From Bacteroidia bacterium (GTDB lineage Bacteria; Bacteroidota; Bacteroidia; Bacteroidales; VadinHA17): 21,859 nucleotides of DNA. Below are positions 7,643 through 17,405 of this stretch, one piece after another. A model generated the notes under the pieces. It was not told the DNA's origin. It saw nothing but the letters and a program-made list of their open reading frames with translations, and made no database searches. The stretch lies in assembly GCA_026391215.1 (NCBI GenBank), contig JAPLDX010000054.1, positions 1-21,859 on the forward strand, read 5' to 3'. The first letter of the stretch is position 1. Each line of letters begins with the position of its first letter. The position numbers and the translations under genes are program-made.

Positions 7643-8230
7643 CTAGAATATAAAACTGACACGGAACTCAGGACCGTTGTAAATATCATATTCTGAATCA
7701 TTCAGTGCCCAAAGGATCATCATATTAATTGAAGATCTTCTTCCTACGGACTGACTTAATCCTGCACCAGCCAGCAGTGTATTGACAGTAAATCTATCTG
7801 AATCCACAGACAGGTTTTTCCAGAATTCAGATTCGAGGCTTAAAAATTCATCTTCCAGATGAAAAAAAATGCCCATATTAATGCCAACGGGTAATATTGA
7901 ATTAATATCCTTTATGATAACAAATTCCGTATATCCTCTTCCTCCGTATATGCTGGTCTTCCCCATGATATCCTTATAAAACCTGTAGTTGGGGCCGGTA
8001 GCGATAGCCAGCCTCGGCAATACCCAAAAACCGATTATTGGAGATGCTTCAATATCAGTTATAGTTCCAATCTGTAATCCAAAGCTGCCACCAAAAAACA
8101 ATCTTTCTTTAAAAGGAGGAGCCTCACTCCTTATTTTCTGACCAGATGTGGTCTGCAGAGCAACAAGCAACAGTATTAATGCAATAAACCACAACCTTCT
8201 GAAATCTGTCCTGTAATGATTAAAGACCAT
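7643..8230 (-). CDS. Hypothetical secreted protein, probable small outer-membrane beta-barrel
   Basis: Signal-peptide-like N-terminus, alternating amphipathic strands (FFGGSFGLQIG, LAGAGLSQ), and C-terminal Phe (EFRVSFIF). Confidence 0.65.
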   Translation of the reverse strand: MVFNHYRTDFRRLWFIALILLLVALQTTSGQKIRSEAPPFKERLFFGGSFGLQIGTITDIEASPIIGFWVLPRLAIATGPNYRFYKDIMGKTSIYGGRGYTEFVIIKDINSILPVGINMGIFFHLEDEFLSLESEFWKNLSVDSDRFTVNTLLAGAGLSQSVGRRSSINMMILWALNDSEYDIYNGPEFRVSFIF

Positions 8231-8307
8231 ATTTACATTTTTGTACCTTTGAAGTGATAATTACAAATAAACGAAAAAAACTTACCTTTTAATATATCCG
8301 GACAGGA

Positions 8308-9003
8308 ATGAACATAATCATAAACGGAGGAACCAGGGGCATTGGTAAAGAAATTGTCCTTTCCCTGGCAAAAGAGAGGTCCAATAAGGTCTTTGTAACA
8401 GGCAGAAACTGTAAAGCACTGAATCAATTGTCCTCAGGGGCAGAGAACGGAAATGTTTTCACTCATCCAGCCGATATGACCTTATTTGATGATCATGAGA
8501 AATCATTCATTGATGCAATTACCAGATGCTTTAAGGATGTCGATATTCTGATCAACAATGCAGGTTACCTGGTTCACAAGGATTTCGTTGATTTCGAAAA
8601 TAAAGAGGCCAGAAAGCTTATGGAGACAAATTTCTTCGGACCGGCTTCAGTCATACGTACTTTAAAGCCAATAATGAAGAGAGGCTCTCATATTATCAAT
8701 ATATCGAGTATGGGAGGTTACCAGGGCAGCTCTAAATACAGGGGGATGTCATATTACAGCGCCTCTAAGGCCGCCCTCTCATGCCTTTCGGAGTGTCTGG
8801 CCGGAGAATTCCGTGATGCAAATATTACTGTCAACTGTCTGGCACTCGGATCGGTCCAGACTGAGATGTTCGAGGAGGCTTTCCCGGGATTAAAAGCACC
8901 TGTTAATGCAAAAGAGATGGCTCAGTTTATTGTTGATTTTGCATTGAATGGAAATAAGTTTTTCAATGGGAAGGTGATCCCTGTAGCTTTTAGCGATCCG
9001 TGA
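8308..9003 (+). CDS. Short-chain dehydrogenase/reductase (SDR)
   Basis: NGGTRGIG Rossmann motif, INNAG, NISS and catalytic YSASK. Candidate -7 element TACCTTTG at 8244-8251. Confidence 0.92.
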   Translation: MNIIINGGTRGIGKEIVLSLAKERSNKVFVTGRNCKALNQLSSGAENGNVFTHPADMTLFDDHEKSFIDAITRCFKDVDILINNAGYLVHKDFVDFENKEARKLMETNFFGPASVIRTLKPIMKRGSHIINISSMGGYQGSSKYRGMSYYSASKAALSCLSECLAGEFRDANITVNCLALGSVQTEMFEEAFPGLKAPVNAKEMAQFIVDFALNGNKFFNGKVIPVAFSDP

Positions 9004-9010
9004 GAGATGC

Positions 9011-9130
9011 ATGAACCCACCCCCCCCAACCCCCTCCCTGCTTCGCAAGGAGGGGGAGCTAACATGCTGTATATTAATTAATTTCCCCCTCTTTACGTAG
9101 TAGAGAGGGGGATCAAGGGGGTGAGTACAT
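9011..9130. repeat. GC-rich nested-hairpin (REP-like) element between convergent genes
   Basis: Outer inverted repeat ATGAACCCACCCCC (9011-9024) / GGGGGTGAGTACAT (9117-9130). Inner hairpins at 9030-9056 and 9084-9112, both with CCCCCTC...GAGGGGG stems. Confidence 0.8.
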
Positions 9131-9133
9131 TTA

Positions 9134-10210
9134 CTACTTATATACCTTAATACCGATTTTGCCGTTTAAGGCTAATAATCCATTGAAAGCCAGTGATTTC
9201 ATTTCATCCTCTCCGGGGTATATGACTACTTTTGCAATGAAATGAACCATCGTTTTGATATTGTTTACAAATAATTCATTGAAGGCAAGACCACCTGTCA
9301 GAACAATCGCATCAACTTTTCCCTCAAGAACAGCAGCCAGAGCTCCTATTTCCTTTCCGATCTGATATGAAGCAGCATCTCTTATAAGAGTTGCTTTCTG
9401 GTCGCCTTCGTCTGCCATTTTACATACTTCCTTGAAGCTGTTTGTACCCAGGTAGGCTACCATACCGCCTTTCCCTGTTATCATGGATTTTACTTCAGCG
9501 TGAGTATATTTTCCGCTGAAGCAGAGATCGGCAAGTTGTCCTGCAGGCAGGCTGCCTGATCTTTCCGGTGAAAAAGGACCGTCCCCATTAAGAGCGTTAT
9601 TGACATCTATTACCCTGCCCATTTTGTGAGCTCCCACGCTTATTCCCCCTCCCATATGGGCAATTATCAGGTTCAGGTCTTCATATTTCTTACCAACAGA
9701 TGCCGCATAAATCCTTGCGACTGCTTTCTGGTTCAAAGCATGAAATATTGAGATTCTTTCAATTTCGGGATGTCCTGAGATCCTGGCGACAGGCTGAAGC
9801 TCATCAACTACAACAGGGTCAACAATATATGCCTTTGCATTTGGCAAAGCTAAAGCTATATCGTGTGCAATTATGCCGCCAAGGTTACTGGCATGCTGGC
9901 CGAGAAGTCCCGTTTTAAGATCTGCAATCATCTTATCATTGACCTCATACATTCCTGATTCAATGGGTTTTACCAAGCCTCCCCTTCCCACCACGACGGC
10001 AATGCGCGAAATATCAATATTCCTGTTTTCGAGTTCCCGGCTAACAAGGTTTTTTCTGAATTCGAACTGATCGGTAATTTTCTCATATCCTGATATCTCA
10101 ATGAGGCTATGTGTAAGAGTCTTCTCAAAAAGCATTGTATCCTCTTCAAAAAGTGCAAGTTTTGTTGATGTTGAACCTGTATTTATTACCAGTATAAGCC
10201 TTTTCGCCAT
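9134..10210 (-). CDS. buk: Butyrate (branched-chain carboxylate) kinase
   Basis: ILVINTGSTSTK, GRGG, HASNLG, DPVVVDE, FHALNQKA, HMGGGIS, GPFSPERSG and PGEDEM. Confidence 0.95.
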   Translation of the reverse strand: MAKRLILVINTGSTSTKLALFEEDTMLFEKTLTHSLIEISGYEKITDQFEFRKNLVSRELENRNIDISRIAVVVGRGGLVKPIESGMYEVNDKMIADLKTGLLGQHASNLGGIIAHDIALALPNAKAYIVDPVVVDELQPVARISGHPEIERISIFHALNQKAVARIYAASVGKKYEDLNLIIAHMGGGISVGAHKMGRVIDVNNALNGDGPFSPERSGSLPAGQLADLCFSGKYTHAEVKSMITGKGGMVAYLGTNSFKEVCKMADEGDQKATLIRDAASYQIGKEIGALAAVLEGKVDAIVLTGGLAFNELFVNNIKTMVHFIAKVVIYPGEDEMKSLAFNGLLALNGKIGIKVYK

Positions 10211-10247
10211 ATATTCGAGATTATTTAATCACTAAATTATTGCGGGT

Positions 10248-11150
10248 TCATGTCATCAGGCACGCAAGGGCAATACAATAATACTTTGACTTTTCGCTTT
10301 CGCTTCGGGACATCACAATTACAGGTTTTTCCGTTCCTCTGATAAGACCTGCCAACTTCCCTCCCGCAAACAGCATCAGGCTTTTATAAAAGGGATTGCA
10401 CGATTCCAGTGAAGGAAAAAGCAGGATATCGGCATCTCCGTCAACCGGCGTATTTACTCCTTTTATTTCAACACTTTTCTTATCGCAGGCAAGGAAAAGG
10501 TCAAGAGGTCCGTCCATTGTACAATTTCCAAATTGTCCGTTCTTTGCCATCCTGCACATTTCAGGATAATCCACTGAATACTGAAAATGGCGGCTTAGCT
10601 TTTCAGAAGCCCCGATAAGTGCTATTTTAGGATTTATTATTCCGAATCTGGCAGTCATCTCGATAGCATAGCCCGCCATGGCAACTTTCTGATCAAGATC
10701 TGGGAAAGGTATTACAGCAGGATCAGTAATGAACAGAAGCTTATGGTATTCAGGCATTTCTACCGCGCATACAAAGCTCAGAACAGCATCCCGGACCATT
10801 ATGCCTGATTCCTTATCCATCACAGCCTTAAGAAATTTATCTGTACCCACAAGTCCTTTCATGACAATATCTGCGGATCCTGTTCTGGCAAGCCTGACTG
10901 CTTCAGCAGAAGCTTTTATTTCATCTTCAGTATTTAATATTCTGAATTTTGAATGATCAATGTCGTTATTGTTGCAGACTTTTCTTATTTCATCTGAATT
11001 ACCGATCATTACTGCTTCAACGAATCCGGCGGTTATTGCATTGTATATGGCTCCTATTGTATTAGGATCCTGTGCCCAGGCAACAGCAACTGTATGCTTC
11101 TTCCCTTTCAAAAGCACTCTTTCCACCATCTGATCGAGGGAACTGATCAT
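10248..11150 (-). CDS. ptb: Phosphate butyryl/acyltransferase, divergent paralog
   Basis: MKGLVGT, DGPL, GDADILLFP, YKSL and SRSES. PTA/PTB family with several atypical substitutions. Confidence 0.8.
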   Translation of the reverse strand: MISSLDQMVERVLLKGKKHTVAVAWAQDPNTIGAIYNAITAGFVEAVMIGNSDEIRKVCNNNDIDHSKFRILNTEDEIKASAEAVRLARTGSADIVMKGLVGTDKFLKAVMDKESGIMVRDAVLSFVCAVEMPEYHKLLFITDPAVIPFPDLDQKVAMAGYAIEMTARFGIINPKIALIGASEKLSRHFQYSVDYPEMCRMAKNGQFGNCTMDGPLDLFLACDKKSVEIKGVNTPVDGDADILLFPSLESCNPFYKSLMLFAGGKLAGLIRGTEKPVIVMSRSESEKSKYYCIALACLMT

Positions 11151-11157
11151 AACTGTA

Positions 11158-12060
11158 TTATTTGCTGGCTGCTGCAGAGAGAAGAATACTGTCGTATTTT
11201 GCCTGTTCCGAATCAGACCTTGATGTCAGGACAATAGGGACCCTTGCACCAAGGATCAGTGATGCAACCTTTGCCCTGGCGAAGAAAACGAGCGATTTGT
11301 AAAGAACATTACCCACTTCAATATCCGGCATCAGCAGAAGGTCGGTATCGCCGGCAACTTCGCTTCTTATGCCTTTATACCTTGCGCTTTCAATACTTAC
11401 AGCATTATCGAATGCCAGAGGACCGTCAATAATGCAATTTCTGATCTGGTCGCGCTGGTTCATTTTCGATAGCAAGGCTGCATGAAGTGTTGCTTCCATA
11501 TTCTCGTTTACCATTTCAACAGCCCCTAGAACTGCTACTTTTGGCATGGTATAGCCAAGTCTTATAAGACAGCTCACTGAATTGTTTATTATTGCGATCT
11601 TTTCTTTCAGATTCGGAGCAATATTCATTGCTACATCGGTAACGGCAATTACCTTGTGATACGTTTCAACCTCAAATAGTGCAAAATGTGATAAAAGGTT
11701 ACCTGTACGCAATCCCCACTCTTTATTAAGAATGCATTTAAGGAGCGTGGAGGTCCCGACTTTCCCTTTCATGAGCACATCACCCTCATTATTGTTGACC
11801 ATCCTGACAGACATCTCCACTGCCATTTCAACATTAGGCTCGTGTACTATCCTGAGCCCGGAAATGTTATAGTTATTTTCAGCACAGATGTTCTGAATGC
11901 CCTCCTTATCGCCTATAAGGATAGGTTCAATTACGTTATCCTGCCATGCTCTCACCACAGCTCCCAGGGAATGCTGGTCCTGTGCCGCTGCCAGGACAAG
12001 TTTTTTCCTTGGCTGGCCAGCAACTATATTCTTAAGATCAGAAAGGCTCTTTAATACCAT
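11158..12060 (-). CDS. ptb: Phosphate butyryltransferase, canonical paralog
   Basis: LMKG, LLSH, DVAMNIAP, DGPLAFDNA, PDIEVGNVLYKS and VLTSRSDS. Confidence 0.9.
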   Translation of the reverse strand: MVLKSLSDLKNIVAGQPRKKLVLAAAQDQHSLGAVVRAWQDNVIEPILIGDKEGIQNICAENNYNISGLRIVHEPNVEMAVEMSVRMVNNNEGDVLMKGKVGTSTLLKCILNKEWGLRTGNLLSHFALFEVETYHKVIAVTDVAMNIAPNLKEKIAIINNSVSCLIRLGYTMPKVAVLGAVEMVNENMEATLHAALLSKMNQRDQIRNCIIDGPLAFDNAVSIESARYKGIRSEVAGDTDLLLMPDIEVGNVLYKSLVFFARAKVASLILGARVPIVLTSRSDSEQAKYDSILLSAAASK

Positions 12061-12071
12061 TAAATAATTGT

Positions 12072-13283
12072 TTAAGCTTTACTATGTTCAACGATGTAGC
12101 GTGTATCCGATGCTATAACAAATTCCTCATCGGTTGTAACTGACATTACAGTAACTTTTGATTCTGGTTTAGAAATCACCAGATCAGCTCCTCGTGATCC
12201 ATTGTTGACCTCATCGTCAAAAATTATCCCCAGGCTTTCCATGTCTGAACAGATCTTCTTTCTCATGCTGAAATCGTTTTCGCCGATCCCGCCTGTAAAA
12301 ACAAGAAGATCTACACCATTCATGGCAGCACAATATGAACCGATAAATTTTTTGACCTTGTAAGCATACATTTTCAGTGCAAGTAGTGCTTTTTTATTAC
12401 CGGCATCTGCTGCGGTTTCGAGATCACGCATATCAGAGGAAATCTGGGAAATTCCGAAGACACCGCTTTTCTTATTTATCATATTGTTCACTCCGGTAAG
12501 ATTAAGATGCTCTTTATCAGCAATATAAACAAGAACTCCCGGGTCAACTTCCCCAGTACGGGTTCCCATGATAAGTCCGTCTACAGGAGTAAAGCCCATT
12601 GAGGTATCTACTGAAAAGCCATTCCGGACAGCAGTTATTGATGCCCCGTTACCAAGGTGGCAGGTTATGATTTTAAGTTTCATTATGTCTTTGCCAAGAA
12701 TTTTTGCGGCCTTATATGCAACAAATTTGTGGCTGGTTCCATGGTAACCGTATTTCCTTATCTTGTATTTCTCATAGTATTCATAAGGCAGGGCATACAT
12801 ATATGCATAATCGGGCATTGTCTGATGGAATGATGTATCAAAGACGGCAACCTGAGGTACTCCGGGAATAAGCTTCTCCACTGACAAAATTCCCTTAAGA
12901 TTGGCAGGATTATGAAGAGGTGCCAGTTCAATACACTCTTCTATAGTTTTTTTCACATCGTTATCAATGAGGACACTCTCCTTGTAATTCTCTCCCCCGT
13001 TTACCACCCTGTGCCCAACGGCTTTAATCTCGTTCACATTCTTAATCACACCATGTTCAGGATCACAGAGCACTTCCATCACCATATTGATACCGGTAGT
13101 GTGATCCGGAATATCGGTAATGAGCTTGTATGTTTCTCCTCCTGTCGGCTTGTGTGTCACCAGACTTTCATTGAGTCCAATACGTTCAAGAAGACCTTTT
13201 GCTTTCATTTCACATCCATCCGACATATCGAACAGCTGGTATTTGATTGAAGAGCTACCGCAATTTAAAACAAGGATGATCAT
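12072..13283 (-). CDS. ackA: Acetate kinase
   Basis: LVLNCGSSSIKYQL, GHRVVNGG, LAPLHNP, FDTSFH, YGYHGTSH, HLGNGAS, FTGGIGEN and TDEE. Confidence 0.96.
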   Translation of the reverse strand: MIILVLNCGSSSIKYQLFDMSDGCEMKAKGLLERIGLNESLVTHKPTGGETYKLITDIPDHTTGINMVMEVLCDPEHGVIKNVNEIKAVGHRVVNGGENYKESVLIDNDVKKTIEECIELAPLHNPANLKGILSVEKLIPGVPQVAVFDTSFHQTMPDYAYMYALPYEYYEKYKIRKYGYHGTSHKFVAYKAAKILGKDIMKLKIITCHLGNGASITAVRNGFSVDTSMGFTPVDGLIMGTRTGEVDPGVLVYIADKEHLNLTGVNNMINKKSGVFGISQISSDMRDLETAADAGNKKALLALKMYAYKVKKFIGSYCAAMNGVDLLVFTGGIGENDFSMRKKICSDMESLGIIFDDEVNNGSRGADLVISKPESKVTVMSVTTDEEFVIASDTRYIVEHSKA

Positions 13284-13317
13284 ATTTATCTGAGTATATT
13301 AATAGAGTTGTTTGTTT

Positions 13318-14322
13318 TCACTTGATCCCGGCAGCCTGGTTTGCAGCAATTGCTATCATGCAGACTATATCATTTACTGAACATCCCCGCGAGAGGTCAT
13401 TTATCGGGGCTGCCATTCCCTGAAGTATTGGACCGATGGCTTCGGCATGAGCAAGACGCTGGACAAGCTTATATGCTATATTCCCGCAGTTCAGGTCAGG
13501 GAAGACCAGGACATTGGCCCTTCCTGCTATTTTACTACCAGGAGCTTTTTTCTTTCCAATTGCTTCAACAAGTGCGGCATCTCCCTGGAGTTCACCGTCA
13601 ATCATAAATTCCGGAGCCATTTGCTGGGCGATCTTGGTGGCACTGATGACTTTGTCAACCATTTCGTGCTTTGCACTGCCTTTAGTTGAAAAACTGAGAA
13701 TGGCTACCCTTGGCTCCATCCCGGCAATGACCTTTGCAGTACGGGCTGAAGCTACTGCGATTTCAGCAAGCTCCTTATCGGTGGGATTCGGATGCACTGC
13801 TCCATCGGCAAAAATGAGGACTCCGTTATCTCCGAAGGTTTTGTCAGGAAGGATCATTATGAAAGCGCCTGAAACAACTGAAATGCCCGGAGCAGTTTTA
13901 ACATAATGGAAAGCAGGTCTCAGGACATCTCCTGTGGCATGATCGGCGCCGGATACCTCACCATCGGCATCTCCGCTCTTTATCATAAGAACACCTAGAT
14001 ACAGCGGATCTTCAATAAGCCTCAAGGCTTCTTCCTTTGTCATTCCCTTATTCTTCCTGAGCTCGACCATCAAGTCCGCATATTGCTCTTTTTTGCCATG
14101 TGACTTAGGGTCCACCACTTTCATTTTCCCGATATTTTTTAAACCTAGCTTTAAAGCATGCGATTGGATTTCAGCAGGATCGCCCAGCAAGATTATCTGA
14201 GCTAATCCTTCTTCGACTGCAATGTCAGCTGCCTTTATTGTTCTTTCTTCGTAGCCTTCAGGAAGTACAATTCGTTTATTATATTTCCTGGCATTCAGCT
14301 TGATGCTATCCAATAATTCCAT
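13318..14322 (-). CDS. pta: Phosphate acetyltransferase (class I, short form)
   Basis: IVLPEG, LSFSTKGS, DGELQGDAA, FPDLNCGNIAYKLVQR, GPILQG and NDLSRGCSVNDI. Confidence 0.96.
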   Translation of the reverse strand: MELLDSIKLNARKYNKRIVLPEGYEERTIKAADIAVEEGLAQIILLGDPAEIQSHALKLGLKNIGKMKVVDPKSHGKKEQYADLMVELRKNKGMTKEEALRLIEDPLYLGVLMIKSGDADGEVSGADHATGDVLRPAFHYVKTAPGISVVSGAFIMILPDKTFGDNGVLIFADGAVHPNPTDKELAEIAVASARTAKVIAGMEPRVAILSFSTKGSAKHEMVDKVISATKIAQQMAPEFMIDGELQGDAALVEAIGKKKAPGSKIAGRANVLVFPDLNCGNIAYKLVQRLAHAEAIGPILQGMAAPINDLSRGCSVNDIVCMIAIAANQAAGIK

Positions 14323-14403
14323 TGTATATCAATATTTTAAATTGTTCGAAATTTTTTTCTAAATGTACAAAAAAAAAGTCCGAATTTACAATCAGGCATA
14401 GTA

Positions 14404-14415
14404 TGATTATTGTCA
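14404..14415. promoter_or_regulatory. Possible Crp/Fnr-family binding site in the pta / oxidoreductase divergent region
   Basis: TGAT-TATT-GTCA is one mismatch from TGAT-N4-ATCA. Confidence 0.3.
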
Positions 14416-14455
14416 GATTAATGATTTTTCTAATTTAGCAGCGCGAAATTGAATT

Positions 14456-17395
14456 ATGGAAACCGAAACTTTTTACTCACAGCTGGATTCTCTGGGAAGG
14501 AATCTTGAAGGTGATCTGAAATATGACAAGATCACAAAAGTAATTTATGCAACCGATGCTTCTGTTTACAGGGAACTACCCCTTGCAGTTATCTGGCCTA
14601 AAGGGGAAGCGGATCTGAAAAAGATCCTTGAATTTGCTGCCATGAAAAGGACAAACGTTACATTAAGGGCAGCAGGGACGTCCCTTGCAGGACAAGTTGT
14701 TGGTTCCGGAATCATTGTCGATATCTCGAGGTATATGAAAAATATCATCGAGATAAATGAGAAGGAGATGTGGGTAAAAGTGCAGCCTGGTGTGGTGCTG
14801 GATGAACTGAATATAAAGCTCAGGGAAAAAGGCCTCTTTTTCGGACCTGAGACTTCCACCTCGAACAGATGCAACCTGGGAGGTATGGCAGGTAATAATG
14901 CATGTGGCTCTCATTCTGTCATTTACGGTTCAACAAGGGATCATACTATTGAGATGAGAACACTTCTCAGTGATGGCAGCACAGCAATATTCGGACCTGT
15001 TGATAAAGAAACATTTAATGAAAAATGCCTCCTCCAAAATCTTGAAGGGAATATCTACCGTAAAATAAGGGAATTGCTTGATAATCCGGTTAACAGGAAG
15101 AATATCCGTGAAGGTTATCCTGATCCGGAGATACCCAGGAGGAATACAGGATATGCCCTGGATCTAATACTGGACAGCAGGATATTTGATGAGAATTCGG
15201 AAAAGCCTTTTAATTTCTGCAAACTCCTGACCGGATCGGAGGGTACGCTTGCGGTAACTACCGAAATTAAGCTGAATCTTGTGAAATTACCTCCGTCAAA
15301 CAAAGCGCTGGTCTGTATTCACCTTGAAAAGCGGAATGATGCTTTTCTAGCCAACCTGATAGCATTGAAATATAAGCCTGCCGCGGTGGAGATGATGGAT
15401 GATAAAATACTTGAGCTTACTGAGAACAACCTCAGCCAGAGAAAAAACAGGTTCTTTCTTGAGGGTAAACCAGCCGCTATAGTAATTGTGGAATTTGTAG
15501 GGGAGAAGCCGGAAGAAATTGAAAAGGCTGCCTCCGGTATGATAAATGAATTGAAATCTGCAGGGTATGGTTATTCGTTTCCAATTGTCACTGGTAAGGA
15601 TATTCCAAAAGTCTGGGACCTTCGCAAAGCCGGTCTAGGTGTCCTGGCGAATATGAAAGGCGATCCGAAGCCGGTCTCGCTGATCGAGGATACAGCAATC
15701 CGTGTTGAACAGATGCCGGATTACATTGCGGATTTTGAAAAGATGCTTTCAGCTTACGGTAAAGAATCTGTCTATCATGCTCATATCGGTACCGGTGAGC
15801 TACATATAAGACCGGTTCTTAATCTTAAGGATCCTGCTGATGTGGAGCTATTCAGGACACTCGGAATTGAGACAGCAAAACTTGTCAAAAAGTACAGGGG
15901 TTCAATGAGCGGAGAGCATGGTGACGGTCGGCTCAGGGGTGAATTCATACCAATAATAATAGGTGAGCACAATTATGATCTGCTGAAAGAGGTAAAGAAA
16001 ACCTGGGATCCTGACAATATTCTCAATCCCGGAAAAATAACCGGCACTCCCCTGATGAATACTTCCCTGAGGTATACCCCGGGGAAAAAGACCCCTGAAG
16101 TGGATACAATATTTGATTTTTCATCAACCGAAGGGATAATAAGGGCTGCTGAGAAATGCAACGGATCAGGTGATTGCCGTAAAACAAGTGTCATCGGAGG
16201 AACAATGTGCCCGTCTTTTATGGCTACTGGCGAAGAGAAAAATTGCACCAGGGCAAGAGCCAATATTCTGAGAGAATTCATGTCGGCAGATGAGAACAAT
16301 ATTTGGGACCACAGGGAAATATATGAGATCCTTGATCTATGTCTATCCTGCAAGGGATGCAAATCAGAATGTCCTTCAGAAGTTGACATCGCAAAGCTTA
16401 AGGCCGAATTTCTGCAACACTGGTATGATGAGCATGGAATACCGCTCAGGACAAGAATGATAGCTTACATATCCACTATAAATAAAATAGGGTCTCTCGT
16501 ACCATCCGTCTTTAATTTTGTCTTAAAGAATAAGGTGACCTCATGGCTGCTCAAAAAGGTTCTTAATGTTGCTCCCGGAAGGTCAATACCTTTATTATAT
16601 AAAACCACACTAAGGAAGTGGATCGCAAAAAACCTTGAATCAATTAATCCGCAGAAGCCTAAAGGAACTGTCTGCCTTTTTGTTGACGAATTCACCAATT
16701 TCAATGATACGGAAATAGGTATTGCTACCATAAAGCTTCTTACATCGTTGGGTTATAAAGTAATTACAGTTAATCATGAGGATAGTGGAAGGACATTCCT
16801 ATCAAAAGGATTTATAAGAAAAGCAAGAAAGATAGTTAGGAGGAACATTAAGGTCTTCTCGGGGATCATTAATGAGGAGTTGCCCCTGGTTGGAATAGAG
16901 CCTTCAGCAATATTCGGATTCCGGGATGAATACCCTGAGCTTGCCGGTGATGATCTTAAGGAAGCTGCAACGAAGATCGCGAAAAACAGTTTCCTGGTTG
17001 ATGAATTCATCGCATGCGAATTCAGGTCAGGGAGAATTACAAGGGAATCATTCGCAAATACTGCAACTGAGATTATTTTGCATGCGCATTGCCAGCAGAA
17101 GGCAATCTCATCATCTGCAAGTACTCTTGAAATGCTTTCAATACCAGCTAATTACACTGTCATTGAGATACCTACGGGCTGTTGCGGCATGGCCGGGTCA
17201 TTTGGTTATGAGAAGGAACATTTTGACATGTCAAACAAAATCGGCGAATTGGCGCTTTTCCCTGCAGTCAGGGAATCCGGTGAGAGCGTCATTATTGCTG
17301 CTCCGGGTACCAGCTGCAGGCATCATATCAAAGATGGAACGGGAAGGATTGCGTTGCATCCGGTACAGGTGCTGTACGATGCACTGAAGAAATAA
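14456..17395 (+). CDS. FAD-binding and Fe-S-binding oxidoreductase (YdiJ-like / D-2-hydroxyacid dehydrogenase family)
   Basis: YATDASVY, RAAGTSLAGQ, GGMAGNNACG, GSEGTL and SGEHGDGR (FAD oxidase). CNGSGDC..MCPS and CLSCKGCKSECP (4Fe-4S). HAHCQQ, GCCGMAGSFG and GTSCR (CCG domain). Confidence 0.92.
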   Translation: METETFYSQLDSLGRNLEGDLKYDKITKVIYATDASVYRELPLAVIWPKGEADLKKILEFAAMKRTNVTLRAAGTSLAGQVVGSGIIVDISRYMKNIIEINEKEMWVKVQPGVVLDELNIKLREKGLFFGPETSTSNRCNLGGMAGNNACGSHSVIYGSTRDHTIEMRTLLSDGSTAIFGPVDKETFNEKCLLQNLEGNIYRKIRELLDNPVNRKNIREGYPDPEIPRRNTGYALDLILDSRIFDENSEKPFNFCKLLTGSEGTLAVTTEIKLNLVKLPPSNKALVCIHLEKRNDAFLANLIALKYKPAAVEMMDDKILELTENNLSQRKNRFFLEGKPAAIVIVEFVGEKPEEIEKAASGMINELKSAGYGYSFPIVTGKDIPKVWDLRKAGLGVLANMKGDPKPVSLIEDTAIRVEQMPDYIADFEKMLSAYGKESVYHAHIGTGELHIRPVLNLKDPADVELFRTLGIETAKLVKKYRGSMSGEHGDGRLRGEFIPIIIGEHNYDLLKEVKKTWDPDNILNPGKITGTPLMNTSLRYTPGKKTPEVDTIFDFSSTEGIIRAAEKCNGSGDCRKTSVIGGTMCPSFMATGEEKNCTRARANILREFMSADENNIWDHREIYEILDLCLSCKGCKSECPSEVDIAKLKAEFLQHWYDEHGIPLRTRMIAYISTINKIGSLVPSVFNFVLKNKVTSWLLKKVLNVAPGRSIPLLYKTTLRKWIAKNLESINPQKPKGTVCLFVDEFTNFNDTEIGIATIKLLTSLGYKVITVNHEDSGRTFLSKGFIRKARKIVRRNIKVFSGIINEELPLVGIEPSAIFGFRDEYPELAGDDLKEAATKIAKNSFLVDEFIACEFRSGRITRESFANTATEIILHAHCQQKAISSSASTLEMLSIPANYTVIEIPTGCCGMAGSFGYEKEHFDMSNKIGELALFPAVRESGESVIIAAPGTSCRHHIKDGTGRIALHPVQVLYDALKK

Positions 17396-17405
17396 AAGAA
17401 GGGTG

